Assembly: GCA_017610405.1 (NCBI GenBank)
Contig: JAFCCD010000007.1
Coordinates: 1-38,910, forward strand
Direction of reading: 5' to 3'
Length of the DNA stretch: 38,910 nt
Source: Nanobdellota archaeon
GTDB lineage: Archaea > Nanobdellota > Nanobdellia > Pacearchaeales > GW2011-AR1
Shown here: positions 37,960 through 38,910 of the stretch, in pieces
How the letters are laid out: each line of letters starts with the position of its first letter
Position numbering within the stretch: the stretch's first letter is position 1
Translations under genes and position numbers: made by a program
The notes under the pieces: generated by a model
What the model was told of the DNA's origin: nothing
Database searches by the model: none
What the model saw: the letters and a program-made list of their open reading frames with translations, nothing else

Positions 37960-38172
37960 ATGGTAAGTATAACTTTATCTATTCCTGAAGAAACAAGAAA
38001 AATAATGAAAGAATTTCCAGAGATTAATTGGACTCATTTAGTTAGAAGTTCAATAGAAGAGAAAGCAAAAAAACTTATTCTTAGAAAAGAATTATTAAAA
38101 AGGTTTGAAAAAGAGAAAGAGTTTATTGATTGGAGTGTTGATGTGGTAAGAAAAGGAAGACATTCGAAATGA
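37960..38172 (+). CDS. vapB: ribbon-helix-helix antitoxin (VapB-like)
   Basis: MVSITLSIPEE...M...PEINW..LVR..IEEK; ATGA overlap with PIN gene; ATG 37960 at leaderless distance from TATA. Confidence 0.82.
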   Translation: MVSITLSIPEETRKIMKEFPEINWTHLVRSSIEEKAKKLILRKELLKRFEKEKEFIDWSVDVVRKGRHSK

Positions 38173-38576
38173 TTTTAGTGGTTGATACAAATATTTTATT
38201 TAGTTTTTTTTGGAAAAATTCTTTTATTAAGAAGATTTTGACTTTTCCAAAGGAAAAATTTATTTCTCCTGAAATTGCTTTTATAGAATTAAAAAAATAT
38301 TCATCTTTGATAATTAATAAAACTAAACTTTCTAAAAAAGAATTTGCTTTAGAATTTAAGAAACTTAAATCAATAATAAAAATCCCCCTTAAAAAAAATT
38401 ATAAGGATTTTGTGAAAGAAGCAGAGGAAATTTCTCCAGATATAAATGATATAGGTTTTTTAGCTCTTTGTTTAAAATTAAATCTTCCTCTTTGGAGCAA
38501 TGATAAGAAATTAAAAGAACAAGATAAAGTTATGGTTTTGAATACTAAAGATGTTCTTGAGATATTTTTGGATTAG
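38169..38576 (+). CDS. vapC: PIN-domain toxin (VapC-like)
   Basis: VVDTNIL, E, DINDIGFLAL, WSNDKKL acidic tetrad. Confidence 0.9.
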   Translation: MILVVDTNILFSFFWKNSFIKKILTFPKEKFISPEIAFIELKKYSSLIINKTKLSKKEFALEFKKLKSIIKIPLKKNYKDFVKEAEEISPDINDIGFLALCLKLNLPLWSNDKKLKEQDKVMVLNTKDVLEIFLD

Positions 38577-38607
38577 GAAACAAAAGGGTTTAGATGAATG
38601 GGTTTAA
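38577..38607 (+). pseudogene. displaced second copy of the fen1 3' end (KQKGLDEWV*)
   Basis: G AAA CAA AAG GGT TTA GAT GAA TGG GTT TAA versus fen1 37889-37919 G AAA CAG AAA GGA TTG GGT GAG TGG ATT TGA, 23/31 nt identical. Confidence 0.85.
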
Positions 38608-38910
38608 TCAACCAAATCTTTTTTTAGCAGCTTTACGCCCAAATCTACGTGCATATCTTTCAACAGAATCTTTTTTTACAAATCTTGCTTTTGTTGGTTT
38701 AGATCCACCTCTTCTCATTCCTTGGGTATATTGGAATTCTCCTCTTGGAGATCTTACTCTTGGTTGGAATCTTTTTGTAGGCTCTCTTCGTGGTCTAGGC
38801 TCTCTTGGTTGTCTTGGCCCTCTTCTCCTTTTCCATAACCAAAGTCCTATTAATAATAAGATTATACCAATTACTAGAACAAGTCCTTCTTCGTAAAAGA
38901 TATCTGTAAA
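38608..38910 (-). CDS. membrane protein C-terminus with Arg/Pro-rich tail, 5'-partial
   Basis: Open frame from the window edge: FTDIFYEEGLVLVIGIILLLIGLWLWKRRRGPRQPREPRPRREP...ERYARRFGRKAAKKRFG*; stop 38608-38610. Confidence 0.75.
   Translation of the reverse strand, partial: FTDIFYEEGLVLVIGIILLLIGLWLWKRRRGPRQPREPRPRREPTKRFQPRVRSPRGEFQYTQGMRRGGSKPTKARFVKKDSVERYARRFGRKAAKKRFG

Noticed and set aside
38594-38896. Plus-strand 100-aa ORF
   Set aside because: Antisense to a more plausible minus-strand membrane protein; its ATG lies within the displaced fen1 tail

Overview
AT-rich, gene-dense core chromosomal segment from a small-genome archaeon; gene set and divergence suggest DPANN, probably Pacearchaeota/Woesearchaeota-like (inference). 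It encodes replication/repair (MCM, RPA32-like, DNA ligase, PolB, FEN1, RadB, NreA, topoisomerase IA, ScpB), transcription (TBP, Rpo11, TFS, MBF1-like), translation (aIF1A, aIF2-beta, L15e, MetRS, ValRS, aRF1, MAP, tRNA-Ile, tRNA-Lys) and protein handling (CDC48, NAC, Sec61-beta, signal peptidase). Three genes missing from the ORF track were read manually: a partial KH protein, Sec61-beta and a partial membrane protein at the right edge. Main observations: (1) a vapBC cassette flanked by two diverged copies of the fen1 PIP-box 3' end, suggesting integration into fen1 with a replacement tail and no integrase in the window; (2) a PolB with intact catalytic aspartates but a remodelled dNTP pocket (steric gate Tyr->His; motif B Asn->Ala, Tyr->His); (3) nac frameshifted by a 20-bp tandem duplication; (4) a palindrome-rich leader before an AbrB-like regulator-cdc48 operon; (5) a 43-bp identical stretch between the two CDC48 Walker A regions. 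No CRISPR array, rRNA, integrase or transposase was seen.
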